This document shows, piece by piece, positions 23,876 to 35,859 of a DNA stretch of 64,000 nucleotides. Source of the stretch: Octopus sinensis (taxonomy: Eukaryota); the NCBI RefSeq assembly GCF_006345805.1, contig NC_042998.1:172422001-172486000 (forward strand), given 5' to 3'. Numbering within the stretch: position 1 is the first letter of the stretch; each line of letters opens with the position of its first letter. The notes beneath the pieces are model-generated. The model had not been told where the DNA came from, made no database searches, and saw nothing but the letters and a program-made list of their open reading frames with translations. The position numbers were made by a program, and so were the translations under genes.

Positions 23876-24005
23876 CCTGGCTGGTACTCATTTCCAGTTG
23901 AGTAAACAGGACCAATGTGAAATGAAGGGCCTTGTTCAGGGACACAACACATTGTGCGGTCCATGAATAGAAACCACGCTACTGTGACCATGAATCGAAC
24001 ACCCA
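23873..24005 (-). mobile_element. SINE fragment (another family)
   Basis: 'ctggtactcatt...gtgaaatgaagggccttgttcagggacacaac...gaatagaaacc', a reverse SINE head/body pattern. Confidence 0.5.
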
Positions 24006-24249
24006 TACATATCATTCTAAGCCATACATATCATCTCTACTACTCGTTTATCATAATGTTTCAAAACGAAATGTAAGACTGGAACGTGTAACATATGTGT
24101 AATCCGCCACAAAAACCAGACTGGATTTGAATTCAAAATGAAGAGAAACTTAACTAAAATATTGTTTGGCCATTGAATTTGGCCACTGGCATGACTGTCA
24201 CTTCATTATTCCATAATGTAAAGGAACCAAAGAAGAAGCCCCTTTGGAG

Positions 24250-24898
24250 TGTAGCAGAAGTGATTTACATTATCATTATGTGAAATATTTTCGTTTTTCT
24301 CATCTAGGTTTAAATACCCCAGTATAGGCTCATCTAGGCTTAAATATCCCAATATCAGCTCATCAAGCCCTTTTCGTTCCAGCGGTCACATGACCTCGTA
24401 ATTCAACGAACCTGTTGTTGGCGCAACAGTTTATCTTTCCTTACGCGGGAAATTAATCACCAGCTCAGGGAGCCTCCTATTCCCTATAAGAAATGGTAGT
24501 TTTCGACTGCTCTGGGTCTTTGGCACTTGCCACTGACCACACACGCATCTCGTCTCCAGCAATGATGTCCTGACACTAGCTTGTCTCCGCTCTCATCATT
24601 TCCACCAGAGGCCTGTCTACATCATTGCTGTATGAAAACCACACGACCAACAGACCAGTCACCTGCCTCTACACCACCAGCATTACGTCAACTATGTCTA
24701 CAACATCAACAGTCCAGCGCCTAACTACGAAGTCCCCTCGCACATCTTCGTAATAACCTGTTATGTTACGTTAATTCATGTATGGCAATCATTGCACTAA
24801 AACGTCGCTTACCAGTTCAATTTCAATCTCAGGTTGTATATATCCACATTCACACTTCCTCATTCACTCACCACTTCGTTTATAATTGGTGACCCCGA
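24250..24898 (+). mobile_element. Orphan LTR followed by a tRNA-Trp primer-binding site
   Basis: TGT start at 24250 (tentative), TATA-like tataagaa, TGGTGACCCCGA at 24887-24898 equals the first 12 nt of the tRNA-Trp PBS. Confidence 0.6.
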
Positions 24899-25326
24899 GC
24901 TAAAACATCTTCCTTATAGGAGTTTCTTGACCTGAGAAAAACAACAGCACAAACTTCATCTAACCAAGTCTCAATGTCTTAGAAACAAATACACTGAATA
25001 ATGGGGTCCAAAATGGAATCCGCACACAAAATGGGAGTGTGTGTGAGAAAGGCAGGATGATCACGACTAGAATGTCTAAGATTTTAGGCTTGCTCGGTCA
25101 AAGCTGACCTGGTACTACGCAACAATGATAACGTCATTAGCAAAATCAAATAACACGGAAAACAGCGATGCCGACGACGTGGTGGAGAACGTAACGTGAC
25201 AAGAGCTATTTTGTCTATAATTTTGTCTATTCTGCCACTCACCGCTCTTAAAACGATGAAATACAGCGAACAAATAAGGTGGGGGTTACATTGATCAAAA
25301 GGGAATCAACAGAAATAAGGAATGTA

Positions 25327-25825
25327 CAGTTCTATATTTAAGAGGTGAGGAATTATGTACATTATTTACATTATTTACATTTGGCGGATATATCGCAAAT
25401 ATCTCCGAGTAAAAACCAGCAATAGAAGAGAATATGACCAAAGACTGCGTGTACTCCATCCCATGCAGCTGTGGTAGGTTATACAAAGGCGAAACATGCC
25501 GCCCCCTCAGAATAAGGGTAGAAGAATATCGCAAAGCTGTGACACGAGGAGATATTGATAAATCGGGTATAGCTGATCATGTATGGAAAAATGGAGACCA
25601 CCTCCCCCTGTGGGATGAAGTTAAAATAATAGACAGAGAATATCACTGGAAAATACGAAAACTAAAACAAGCAGCACATATGCTAGGACACAAAAACCTC
25701 TAAGCAGACCGAGTGCAGATATGAATAGCATATAGGAACCGGTATTAAGGGAGGATAGGAAAATATTAGATTTATAAGCCTTAAAATTCACTCACTAATT
25801 GCCCAAAGGCATACGGCGTTCGATT

Positions 25826-25830
<5 letters not shown>
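25327..25830 (+). mobile_element. Penelope-like element 3' portion: GIY-YIG endonuclease preceded by an inverted pLTR end
   Basis: 25434-25703: CVYSIPCSCGRLYKGET...EYRKA...KSGIADH...W.EVKIIDRE; 25327-25393 is the reverse complement of the pLTR end at 58930-58988. Confidence 0.88.
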
Positions 25831-25864
<34 letters not shown>

Positions 25865-25866
<2 letters not shown>

Positions 25867-26420
25867 GCCCTGATGCAGTACCAGGCAGTGGCTCTCATGG
25901 CTTCTGATCTTAACTGATTGGAAGTGTTAACATGTACATTGTTTTGTCTTGGTATAAAAGATGGGCTACAGCAAATATTCTGCGCAATACCACAGATTTG
26001 CTTGTCAGTTGTTTGACCATAACCAGTTGAGCATGTCCCTTAGTGGCTGACGATATGTGCATCTCTGATCACGAGCAGAAGTAGTGGGGGAGCATCATGG
26101 CCATGTGTTGAGAGGGATTCTTTGGAGTTTGAATGGTTCACCTCTGGAAACATAGGTGTTTCGTTCAACATCCTAAAGCAACCCTTATTCAGGGACCGTT
26201 TGAGCAGGATGGGCTACTCAACCTGAAGAAAATTCTAACTGGGCCCCACCTGCAAGGTCATGTGCTGTTTATCTTGATATGAGATCACCATGTCGCGCAC
26301 ATATGGTTGTGATGCATGTGCCTGGTGTACCTTTATCAGACGGGTAGTCATGATGGGTATATTGGGCTTCGTATATTTTACCCCAGTGTCACTTTGATGG
26401 CATGAACTGCTCTCTCACTC
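25865..26420. mobile_element. ~555-bp non-coding interspersed element inside (AAT)n, copy 1
   Basis: Clearly homologous over its full length to 58995-59540; (AAT)n on both sides. Confidence 0.85.
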
Positions 26421-26453
<33 letters not shown>

Positions 26454-26457
<4 letters not shown>

Positions 26458-26600
26458 TCGAAAAATACCTTAGGAATGAGAATCCAAGTCCGAAATTTCC
26501 CCAAGACACCTGATGAAGGCTGGAGGGTATGTCAGCCGATAAGTTGTGTTAACAACAAACAAGATGAAGACAAATATCCGTCAAATGTAAATAATGTATA
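26454..26600 (+). mobile_element. PLE pseudo-LTR with decayed hammerhead (core 26510-26545)
   Basis: acac-CTGATGA-a-ggctg..cagcc-GATAAGTT-gtgt; GAAACGTT is mutated; homologous to 28965-29103 and 58810-58988. Confidence 0.75.
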
Positions 26601-27699
26601 AGGAATGTAGAAAAGTAGAATTATAAATACATAATAAAATAGGGGAATTCTGGAATAACTCCACACAAAAAGGGGTCTAGATAGAGAAACGTCGATGCCC
26701 TATCGACAGTTTTCTTTTCCTGTTTCTTTCCTTCTATGTAGAAAACTATACTCAGACGCCACCTTTCGATAAGCACACTTGAAGGCAGCACCTGCTTTCT
26801 ATCTTTACCTTCCTCTTCAAATGATACTTGGAGAAATTGTTGTGAGCTTGGCGAAGTAGGAAAGAGCCTGTCTTCAAACTTTGAGACGAGTCTACAATAC
26901 AAACATTTTCGCAATAGTCACCAAGTAGAGAAAGGTATGCCTCTCTTCCCTGCTCAACGAAGGTAGCGCATCGATTTTCACTGTAGACTCGATGGACAAT
27001 CAGATTCGTCTTGTCTGATACAGCAGAACGGTTTCGTCTTCCTGCAGCGAGTAACCAACTCCTAGAATTTTGCTAAGTTATGTAAACGCATCATCAGAGA
27101 TGCTAAGTGCTTGGTTGATAAACTTGACAATTTATCTTCAGATAAATAATTCATTAGTAAGTCTAATTTATCAGCTTCGCTGATATGTTTGTTGTGACTT
27201 ATACAATTTGACTTCTTAGCCTTCTAATTCACGAACTCTCCAAAGCCAGCGCATCAATGCCATTAGTAAAAACTAGTTTCGAATAGCTTAGTTATGTCAT
27301 CTTTCTGTGGTTGAGATAAAGTGTGTGCGTGTTCTGGTCTAGAAAGTTGACATTTTCAGCTGGTGTTCATGTACAAGGTTATGAATGTTGTGGAAATTGT
27401 CGCCATAAGAATTACGGAATGCAAACATCTTATTTGACTTTTATTACCCAATAATCATTGATCAGTCTTTATTTATAGGAAAACTATTATAAACAAAAGA
27501 GGAAAAAATGCATACATAAACAAAAGCTGAAGATTATTATATCGCAATATTCTCAATGATTAATGAGGATTGTATTACATCTTCCGTCTCGAGAACAATG
27601 TGTTTAACTTTCAGTAATCATATTCATGCCTATATGTCTGACCGAATCATGCTGGTTACAGACTTGAAGACCGGCATGACTTAGTTTCGTAGTCACTTA

Positions 27700-27880
27700 T
27701 GTGAAGCTTTTTCCGGCTCTGTACGTTCTGAGGTCAATTGCCGTCGAAGTCAACTTTGCCTTTCTTACTTTCGGGGTCTATAAAATAAATGTCTGTCGAG
27801 CACTGGGATCGATGTAAACGACCTTTTCCTCTTCTCAAACTTGCTGACTTTGTGCCAAAATTAGAAAGAATTATATGAAG
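27700..27880 (+). mobile_element. SINE family M, diverged monomer
   Basis: 'gttctgaggtcaattgccgtcgaagtcaactttgcctttcttactttcggggtc'. Confidence 0.7.
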
Positions 27881-28399
27881 CTGTGAACATTTACATATGC
27901 CTGTCAGCTTAATTTTAAAAGTCCTTATCAAAGCTATAGGCAAACTATATCAATTTGACCACTACATCCACTATGGGTGTTGTGTTAAATTTATCCGGCC
28001 TTGACTATTGTATTTTTTCTAGACATCTAGAAACATTATGGCCACTGTGAGATACTTGCAATATAAAACATGATTACTTTCGGGGTCCAGAGGGAGGGTT
28101 CCTCAAACATTTGTAGATTTAGGTCCTCTATGGATCTTACATACTTGATTATGACTCTTCATTACAAATAATATAAAATGAAATTTATATTTGTAATTTT
28201 TCTATCTTCATAGAAAAATGAGGAAAAAAGAAAAAAAATATGAACGAATTACACAGCGTTTAGTAAGTGATTCTGAAAATATAATTGATGATGACTTGTC
28301 TCAAGATAATTGAGTATGACCACTGGTAATCTTTCGTAAGTGTTTTGTACACCATATTGACCAGACAGCAATATACTTTATACAAACAAAGATAAGCAT

Positions 28400-29900
28400 A
28401 GAAACTAATGAAATAAAATTTCTTGACAGTTTTAATCTGCAAAAATTTTATTCACACTATCAAAATCAATTTCTCCAGCAAAGCTTAATTCATTAAGTAA
28501 TCTTGTGAAATCAACAACTCGGGGGTAGGAAACCTGGAAACGTTTTTGATATGTTTAAATTTGCTTAAAATTTTTCCTATTGAAACTGCTGTTGCTGGAA
28601 TTGTTTGCAATATTCTGAAATCATACAAACACAGAAATATCTCACAAACTTTGTAGTCAATCAGTAAATTTAGAGATTCGAAAAGTTTCAGTTCTGGTTT
28701 TCTAAATTTCACTTTATATACTGACTGTAAATGTTGCAGTTTTATAACATTTTTGATATTGGCACACTAACACTAACTCTTTTACTTTTTTCTAGCTTTC
28801 TTTCAGACATTTCTACAAAAAAATCAAGCTTAAACTTTTACGCAATCAAACGCACTGTTACTCAATTTAGCCAAAACATAAAACAGATTTTCAGAAGTAG
28901 TTGTCTTTTGACGAATCGTCTGTATATTACTAGTGTTCTGTAATTTTTAGAGATGAGGAATTCTATACCTTAGGAATGAGAACGCAGGGTTGGGTTCAAA
29001 ATTTCACCAGGACACCTGATGAAGGCTGGAGAGTAGATCCGAAACGTTGTGGTAACAACAAACAACATGAGGACACATATCCGTCCAATGTAAATAATGT
29101 AAATCGTCTGTATCAGTCATTTTCGCCAGTTTAGCATCAGTTATTATATCACTGTGTGCTATTGCTCTCATTTGACCCAAGCCTCCATATCCATGGGAGA
29201 ATTGGGTTTTCATTTCAAGATATTATATCACCTCGCTGGCCTCATTCCAAATGTTTTCCAGTTGTTTAATAATTTCATAATCTTCAAGGAGAGTTTTAAT
29301 GTTTGATACCGCACGTCCAATGCAGCATTTCTCACTTGAATGACATTGTAGTAAAATATCTATTGCAGTAAATACCTTATACCAAAACAGCTGGCGTTAA
29401 CATTCACGTCATTCTTTGTTTTGGTTGTTTAGTTTCAAAGATCATGCCATGTTTACTTAACGTTGGTAAGGTGAAACTCAAAAGATTTGACGATACAAAC
29501 CTGTCAGACCACTTGGTTTCTGGCATGCCATATACAGACAAACCTATCCGACTTTTAAGTAATTTTTATCCATTTAAAGTTGAAACAAACTATGTTATAA
29601 ATTCTTTGGACTATTCCAAAATATGCTATGGCCTCCAGTTTGCGCTCAACTGTGTCGTTCCTTTTTTTATCTTCAAAAATCTACCATACTCTCAAAAATT
29701 GGCATAGATGGGGGAAATGTTTGCTGTTGAATACTACTGTCGTAATTTCGTTTGAACATCAATGTACTTCCCTTTCATGTTGGCACCATTTTCATTTGTT
29801 TGCACTCCGCACTCTCTTAAAGGAATGGTTTGTTCTTCCAAGATTTTGATGATTAACCCAACAATCTCTTACCCATGTTTATTGTTATAGTCTGCTCCTT
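28400..29900 (-). pseudogene. hAT transposase fossil interrupted by a PLE fragment
   Basis: ECGVQTNENGANMKGK (cf. CRGQGYDNGANMKG), YFGIVQRIYN, and dimerisation-domain-like RILQTIPATAVSIGKILSKFKHIKN. Confidence 0.75.
28948..29103 (+). mobile_element. PLE pseudo-LTR fragment with hammerhead core
   Basis: cac-CTGATGA(29016)...GAAACGTT(29041-48)-gtg; stem II partly deleted; a short inverted pLTR end (agagatgaggaatt) lies at the left junction. Confidence 0.72.
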
Positions 29901-30198
29901 AAATTTTTTGTCATATTCCATGTTCATTACTCTTTCAATAAATATACTTCGATAGAAATGTTGTCTGCTCAACGTACGCGGAATTTGGAGTTGCATCCAC
30001 AATAACTCCCAAAAATTTTTTTAAGACTTCTCTTCCAGAATAATATGTTACTTTGCAAAGTTCCAATATTCTTGAGATAAACTAATTTTTTACTTGGCTG
30101 ATCGGTTATGAACTTGAAAATTTTCAACATCATCACCATCATCACCACTATCATCATCATCACCATCATCACCACTATCATCATCATCCTCATCATCG

Positions 30199-30436
30199 TT
30201 TAACGTCCGCTTTCCATGCTAGCATAGGTTGGACGATTTCACTGAGGTCTGGCGAACAAGATGGATGCGCCAGACTCCAATCTGATCTGACAGAGTTTCT
30301 AGAGCTGGATGCCCTTCCTAACGCCAACCACTCCGAGAGTGTGGTGGGTGCTTTTACGTGCCACCAGCACGAGGGCCAGTCAGGCGGTACTGGAAACGGC
30401 CAAGCTCAAATGGTGCTTTTTATGTGCCACCTGCAC
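30199..30436. mobile_element. SINE-like repeat, family C
   Basis: Homologous to 8-130; follows (ATC)n at 30128-30197. Confidence 0.7.
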
Positions 30437-30721
30437 ATCGACCCCGAAAGGAAAAGTAGACCTCGGCGGAATTTGAACTCAGAACATAAAGACAGACGAA
30501 ATGCCTATTTCTTTACTGCCCACAAGGGGTTACAAACAGAGGAGACAAACAAGGACAGACAGACGGATTAAGTCAATTATATCGACCCCAGTGCGTAACT
30601 GGTACTTATTTAATCGACCCCGAAAGTCGACCTCGATAAAATTTGAACTCAGAACCTAACGACAGTCGAAATACGGTTACATATTTCGCCCGGCGTGTAA
30701 CGTTTCTGCCAGCTCGCCGCC
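30437..30721 (-). mobile_element. SINE family M dimer
   Basis: Same linker (tatttctttactgcccacaagggg...gacagac) and head as the 21.4-kb array. Confidence 0.85.
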
Positions 30722-31894
30722 TTATTTCTCACAAATATTATTTGCTTTATCTGTCATAATTCGTATGCAATTATTTGTCAAATGTGTTCGTTGCTAAACA
30801 ATTCTCAATTGAATTAGAAAGATTTTCGCCAGTTGTTAGTATAATAGAAATTTACCCCAAAATGGCTGTTTGTACTCTATGACGCTTCAAGGAAAATATT
30901 CCACACGCAGGAACATTAGTTTAGTGGTGAATTATATCAATTGATTCGTCAATTAATAACGAGTGTTCTGACATTTCTGAATCACCAGCTAACTTTTCAC
31001 ACGAAACCAGAGAAATAACATTTTTCTTTATTAGACTCATGTATTTTGTTCGAGGTCACTAAAACATTTCAAGTACACCAGTTTGTTATTAGCTACATCT
31101 GGTAATCAATTACTCGAAGACTGCAGAACGCGTTGATTGTACGCAATATTAAATTTCAATTTTTAAAAAACTTTTGCGTACTTTGGGTTTAACGTTCTTA
31201 AGATATGTTTAAAATTAGATTTGAGTTTGCACAATTATTAATATTCTATGTTTTACAGATTTTTCATGATAAGCTAGAGTGAGTATACACCAATTTATTA
31301 GTATACATTTACACCATATACATCTATTTAATGTTCTTTCATATAAACCTGAACAGTGTTTTCTTTTATAATGCTTGCCATCATTGGTATACCATTTTCC
31401 CATTATGTTGGGGCTGTCAATAAGGCTACATAAAAAATTACAATAGGAGAACGTTGCCATTATTACAACTAGCGAAATTCTTTTTAGCCAATTAGCTAAT
31501 TAAATCACACTACGCACTGAACACCAATGGAAAAATGAAATAAACCAAACACAGTTTACCACATTCGGAATAAACCATTTTAAAAAGTGTATTTAGATAT
31601 ATGAGACTGGCCATCACGTTCAATTATGCGTTCATAATCATACGCCAAAAAATGTGTCCATATTTTATTTCCAGCGCTAATCACACAAAGCACAAATCAT
31701 TATATTTTTAACTCAATTAAACTTCAATTTAGAAACACTGGCATGAATCCGCTATCAAAATATGACAAAAAAAAAAAAAAAGTTATTCTCAAAAATATTA
31801 AAAATATAAAATTTTCATATTTCCGTCTATTATTGTTTTTGCACGTTAATTTATTCTAAGTACTAAATCTGTTACACCCCCCCACCCACCCACA

Positions 31895-32020
31895 GGTAAA
31901 GTGGCAGAATCGCTAGAGTCGAATAAAATGTTTTTCGGTATTTGTTTTGGTCCTCTGAGTTCAAATCCTGTCCAATCCAACTTTACCTTTTATCCTTTCG
32001 GGGGTCGATAAATAATATAC
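31895..32020 (+). mobile_element. SINE family M 5' fragment
   Basis: tggcagaatcgctag...ctgagttcaaatcc...ttatcctttcgggggtcgataaat. Confidence 0.7.
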
Positions 32021-32054
32021 CACCCGTGTTTCTTCTCTGTTCTTCTTCATCGCG

Positions 32055-32113
<59 letters not shown>

Positions 32114-32762
32114 CATTCCTTCTTCCTTTCTCTTTTGAAAAATATCAGTCAGGTCATTCGACCTGACAAGAAATGGACTCTACCAGGATTAGCTGCTGAA
32201 GAAACGCTGCAGATCACTTAACTAGTGGTGTTTTAAAATAGGTCCGATGGATAGTACAACAGCGAAGTCCAGGAAGCCTTTGGACTCAATGTAATTTACT
32301 TTAATATCAATGGGTTGGGAACCCTCACTTCCGAAGTATATGTATCAATCTGTAAAAAGATATATTATACATAACGAAAAAGCAATATTTTATTTCCAAT
32401 TCATGTAACATTTCTTCCTTCGAGAAACTTTATTCTTTTATCAGTTCGTAACACAAAAGGCTATATACTAATTTAGTATTAGCATAAATGTCTCCATCTG
32501 TGTAAAAGGAAAAAAAGAGAACAACTTAAATAATAAAAAAAAAAATAACCTATTAAGAAAGACATCATCGAAGAGACATATTTTCTCTATTTTCGTAAAT
32601 AAACTGATCTAGCCTGACTTGAAATATCATAACCTAGCGTAAACATGGATTACGTTATGTGAGGAGGCATTAGATTAGTTTATCGACGAAAATATACAAA
32701 ACATTTATATCACAAATACATTTGCCTAAAATAATCGCAGTGAGGCAGATAAAATTGTGTTT

Positions 32763-32763
<1 letters not shown>

Positions 32764-32809
<46 letters not shown>

Positions 32810-32823
32810 TATATCTGATATGC

Positions 32824-32906
<83 letters not shown>

Positions 32907-33415
32907 ATACATATACTTATGCAGACACACACACAAGCATACACACAAGCACACACAAGCACAAGCACATACACACTAATAAAAAGTTTTATTTTTCAAC
33001 TGAGGAGGTGAATATTTCTAAGATATGAAAACAAATATACAAAAATGTTTCTTCTATGTTTCATATAACAGTTTTATTACACATATATGGGTGTATGTAA
33101 ATATGTGTGAGCTTGCGCATGTATGTATGTATGTATGTATGTATGTGTGTGTGTGTATGTATGTATGTGTATGTATGTATGTATGTATGTGTGTGTGTGT
33201 ATGTATGTATGTGTGTGTGTGTATGTATGTATGTATGTATGTATGTGTGTATGTGTGTATGTATGTATGTATGTGTGTATGTATGTATGTATGTATGTAT
33301 GTATGTGTGTGTGTGTATGTATGTATGTGTGTGTGTGTATGTATGTATGTATGTATGTATGTGTGTATGTGTGTATGTATGTATGTATGTATGTATGTAT
33401 GTATGTATGTATGTG
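32764..33415. repeat. (TG)n, (TA)n and mosaic (TATG/TG)n microsatellites
   Basis: Direct reading. Confidence 0.95.
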
Positions 33416-33865
33416 ACGTTTCTCTAGTTATTGCAATATCGCTGCATGGTTATGTAAAATAGAAGAATGACTGTTGACTTAAGAAGATTCTATTGTTTTC
33501 ATTTGAAGCTAGGATATTATCAACGTCACCGAAAAAATCTGACCAATCAAGACTTCATGTGGAACCAGCTCCAACAATAAATTTCATCTTTGGTGCGCTT
33601 CTCTGAGCCTAACCGTCACTAAATATTCAGTGCACCTTATCCATTACAGGGAAGCAGTAGACAAACAGTGAACAGACGGCAGACAGCCGTTAACCAACAC
33701 AAAAGTAATGAACAGACGGTGGACAAGAGACGTCAGAAGACAGTAACACGACCAGAAGTTGACTCCAATGGACGAATGGCAGCAGCAACAAGAGGACTAG
33801 CTAACATGTTGACTGTTAACTACAATCACAACAATCCAAGAACAATAACATTGGTTTCCAGTTTT

Positions 33866-34237
33866 GACACAAGGCCAGCAATTTTAAGGAAAGTGGGTAA
33901 GTCGATTACAGCGACCACTAGTACTCATTTTAGCGACCTCGAAAAGATCAAAAGCAAAGTCGACCTCGGCGGTATTTGCACTCAGAACGTAGAGACGAAC
34001 GAAATACCTATTTCTTTATTACCCACAAGGGGCTAAACACACAGAGGACAAACAAGGACAGACAAATGGATTAAATCGATTATATCGACCCCAGTGCGTA
34101 ACTGGTACTTAATTTGTCGACCCCGAAAGGATGAAAGGCAAAGTCGACCTCGGCGGAATTTTAAACTCAAGGCGTAACGGCAGACGAAATTCCACCAAGC
34201 ATTTCGCCCGGCGTGCTAACGTTTCTGCCAGCTCACC
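33866..34237 (-). mobile_element. SINE family M dimer
   Basis: Two bodies joined by the same linker; head at 34200-34237. Confidence 0.85.
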
Positions 34238-34584
34238 ATTTTCCCAAGAGCAACAATATGCAAACTCTCTCGATGTTTTGTCGTTCGTAGTAATGGAAAC
34301 ATATTTTCTTTGTTTATGAAAAGAATAATTTTTTTAAAATAAAAAATCTCAACAAATATTACGGAGGAGAATAAATGTTCTTCTTCGTGACACACGAATC
34401 AATGGCATCAAGAATGAAGATTTGATCAAACTCTCTCTTCTGTTAGAATAAAACCTTACTTTCTCACGGTATTTCAAAAAAAAAAAAAATACAACCAACA
34501 AATACGCAATACATAGTTTAGATACTAAAATATCAAAATGGAAAAAATGCATCAATTTCTCTCACATCACACTTATCAAGCTGG

Positions 34585-34635
34585 CTTAACTGATGAGGCG
34601 ACAGAAATTACTGAAACTGACGCGTCAGTATTAAG
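34585..34635 (+). ncRNA. Type I hammerhead ribozyme motif (HHR-1)
   Basis: CTTAA-CTGATGA-[ggcgacagaaattact]-GAAA-CTGACGCGTCAG-TA-TTAAG: 5-bp stem I, intact core, palindromic stem III, GUA site; stem II weak. Confidence 0.75.
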
Positions 34636-34978
34636 AATTCTCGATCGGCATTTTTCGGACGATTAGTGTATATATTTTCAGTCATGAAGATTAATTACAA
34701 CATTAGAGCGCTTTAACTCTTACCTCTAGCAACGTAGGTATTTTCTAACACTCTAGTCGCATTTCATGACAGTTGTAATTCTCCTTTTTGGTGACAAATT
34801 GCAAACTGCTGTTTTATATATTTATATATAAGCAGAATTTAGGTTAGTTGAAATATGTTTGTCGCATATTGCAACTGCTAAAGGCAAATACACTGCAGTT
34901 GCCGGGGAGAAAAATCTCTCTAATGGTAAAAATGTGTGAAAACACCCAGTTCGTTCAGTGTCGCGCCATCTCTCTGGA

Positions 34979-35025
34979 ATCTCAGACATCGATGTTTCGA
35001 GTTTTTGGACTCTTGTCAATGAGAT
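34979..35025 (-). ncRNA. Type I hammerhead ribozyme motif with U3-A8 core (HHR-2)
   Basis: ATCTCA-TTGACAA-GAGT-ccaaaa-ACTC-GAAA-CATCGATG-TC-TGAGAT: 6-bp stem I, 4-bp stem II, palindromic stem III, GUC site. Confidence 0.8.
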
Positions 35026-35323
35026 ATACCTAAGAGAGGCAACACTGAACGAACTTAATAAAGCTATAGCTTTATGTATAATTCAGTCAACACGTTGACT
35101 GATTTGCACTAGTAAATCGCCCGATCAAATTAATTAACGGAGCATAGGCGCAAAGCAGTGATTAGGTATGAGCAGAATTTAGGTTAGTTGAAATATTCTT
35201 GTCACATATTTCAACTGTTTAGCAGTTACCGTGAAAAAAAGTCTCTCTTATGGTAAAAAGGTATGAAAACATCTTTTTACCATAAGGATTAATACGAAGT
35301 AACATTAGTACTACTTTTAATTC

Positions 35324-35378
<55 letters not shown>

Positions 35379-35565
35379 CATACATGGGGCCCAGTTGCAA
35401 CTGCAGCCGGCTGGTACCGATGAAGGTTCTGGTTGCTAATTTTGTATAGGACGTTGTGGATCTTTGGCTGGGCTAAAAAGTCACATTCGATCACAGCACC
35501 AGTAACAGTTAAGCTTCGTGCAATGACCATACTCGATAACGAGGGGGCAGCCATAATATATATAT

Positions 35566-35603
<38 letters not shown>

Positions 35604-35614
35604 CAACCTCAAAT

Positions 35615-35698
35615 AGACCTACACGTTTCTTCTGAATCGATTAGTAACCGTTGCAATTGCAACCTTACTATGATACCGGTGCAGTTTCATCAGGGTCT
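35615..35698 (-). ncRNA. Type I hammerhead ribozyme motif with long stem II (HHR-3)
   Basis: AGACC-CTGATGA-[57 nt including TAGTAA/TTACTA and palindrome GTTGCAATTGCAAC]-GAAA-CGTG-TA-GGTCT. Confidence 0.72.
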
Positions 35699-35859
35699 TC
35701 ACTTTAATATCCTTTGATTTAACTGTTTAAAGTGTTATATTGATTTTCTTTGCGTTCTATGTTGTGGAATTTTACATTAAGTATTAAATGGATAATCACC
35801 CGTTTATTCCTTAGAGGCAGTTATTTCAAAGCATTTCGTTGTTAAAATGTTTATAACTA

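Noticed and set aside
26620-27400. Possible Gypsy gag or P-element remnant on the minus strand (HISEADKLDLLMNYLS; AAFKCAYRK)
   Set aside because: Motifs are too weak and point to different families; cannot be assigned by eye
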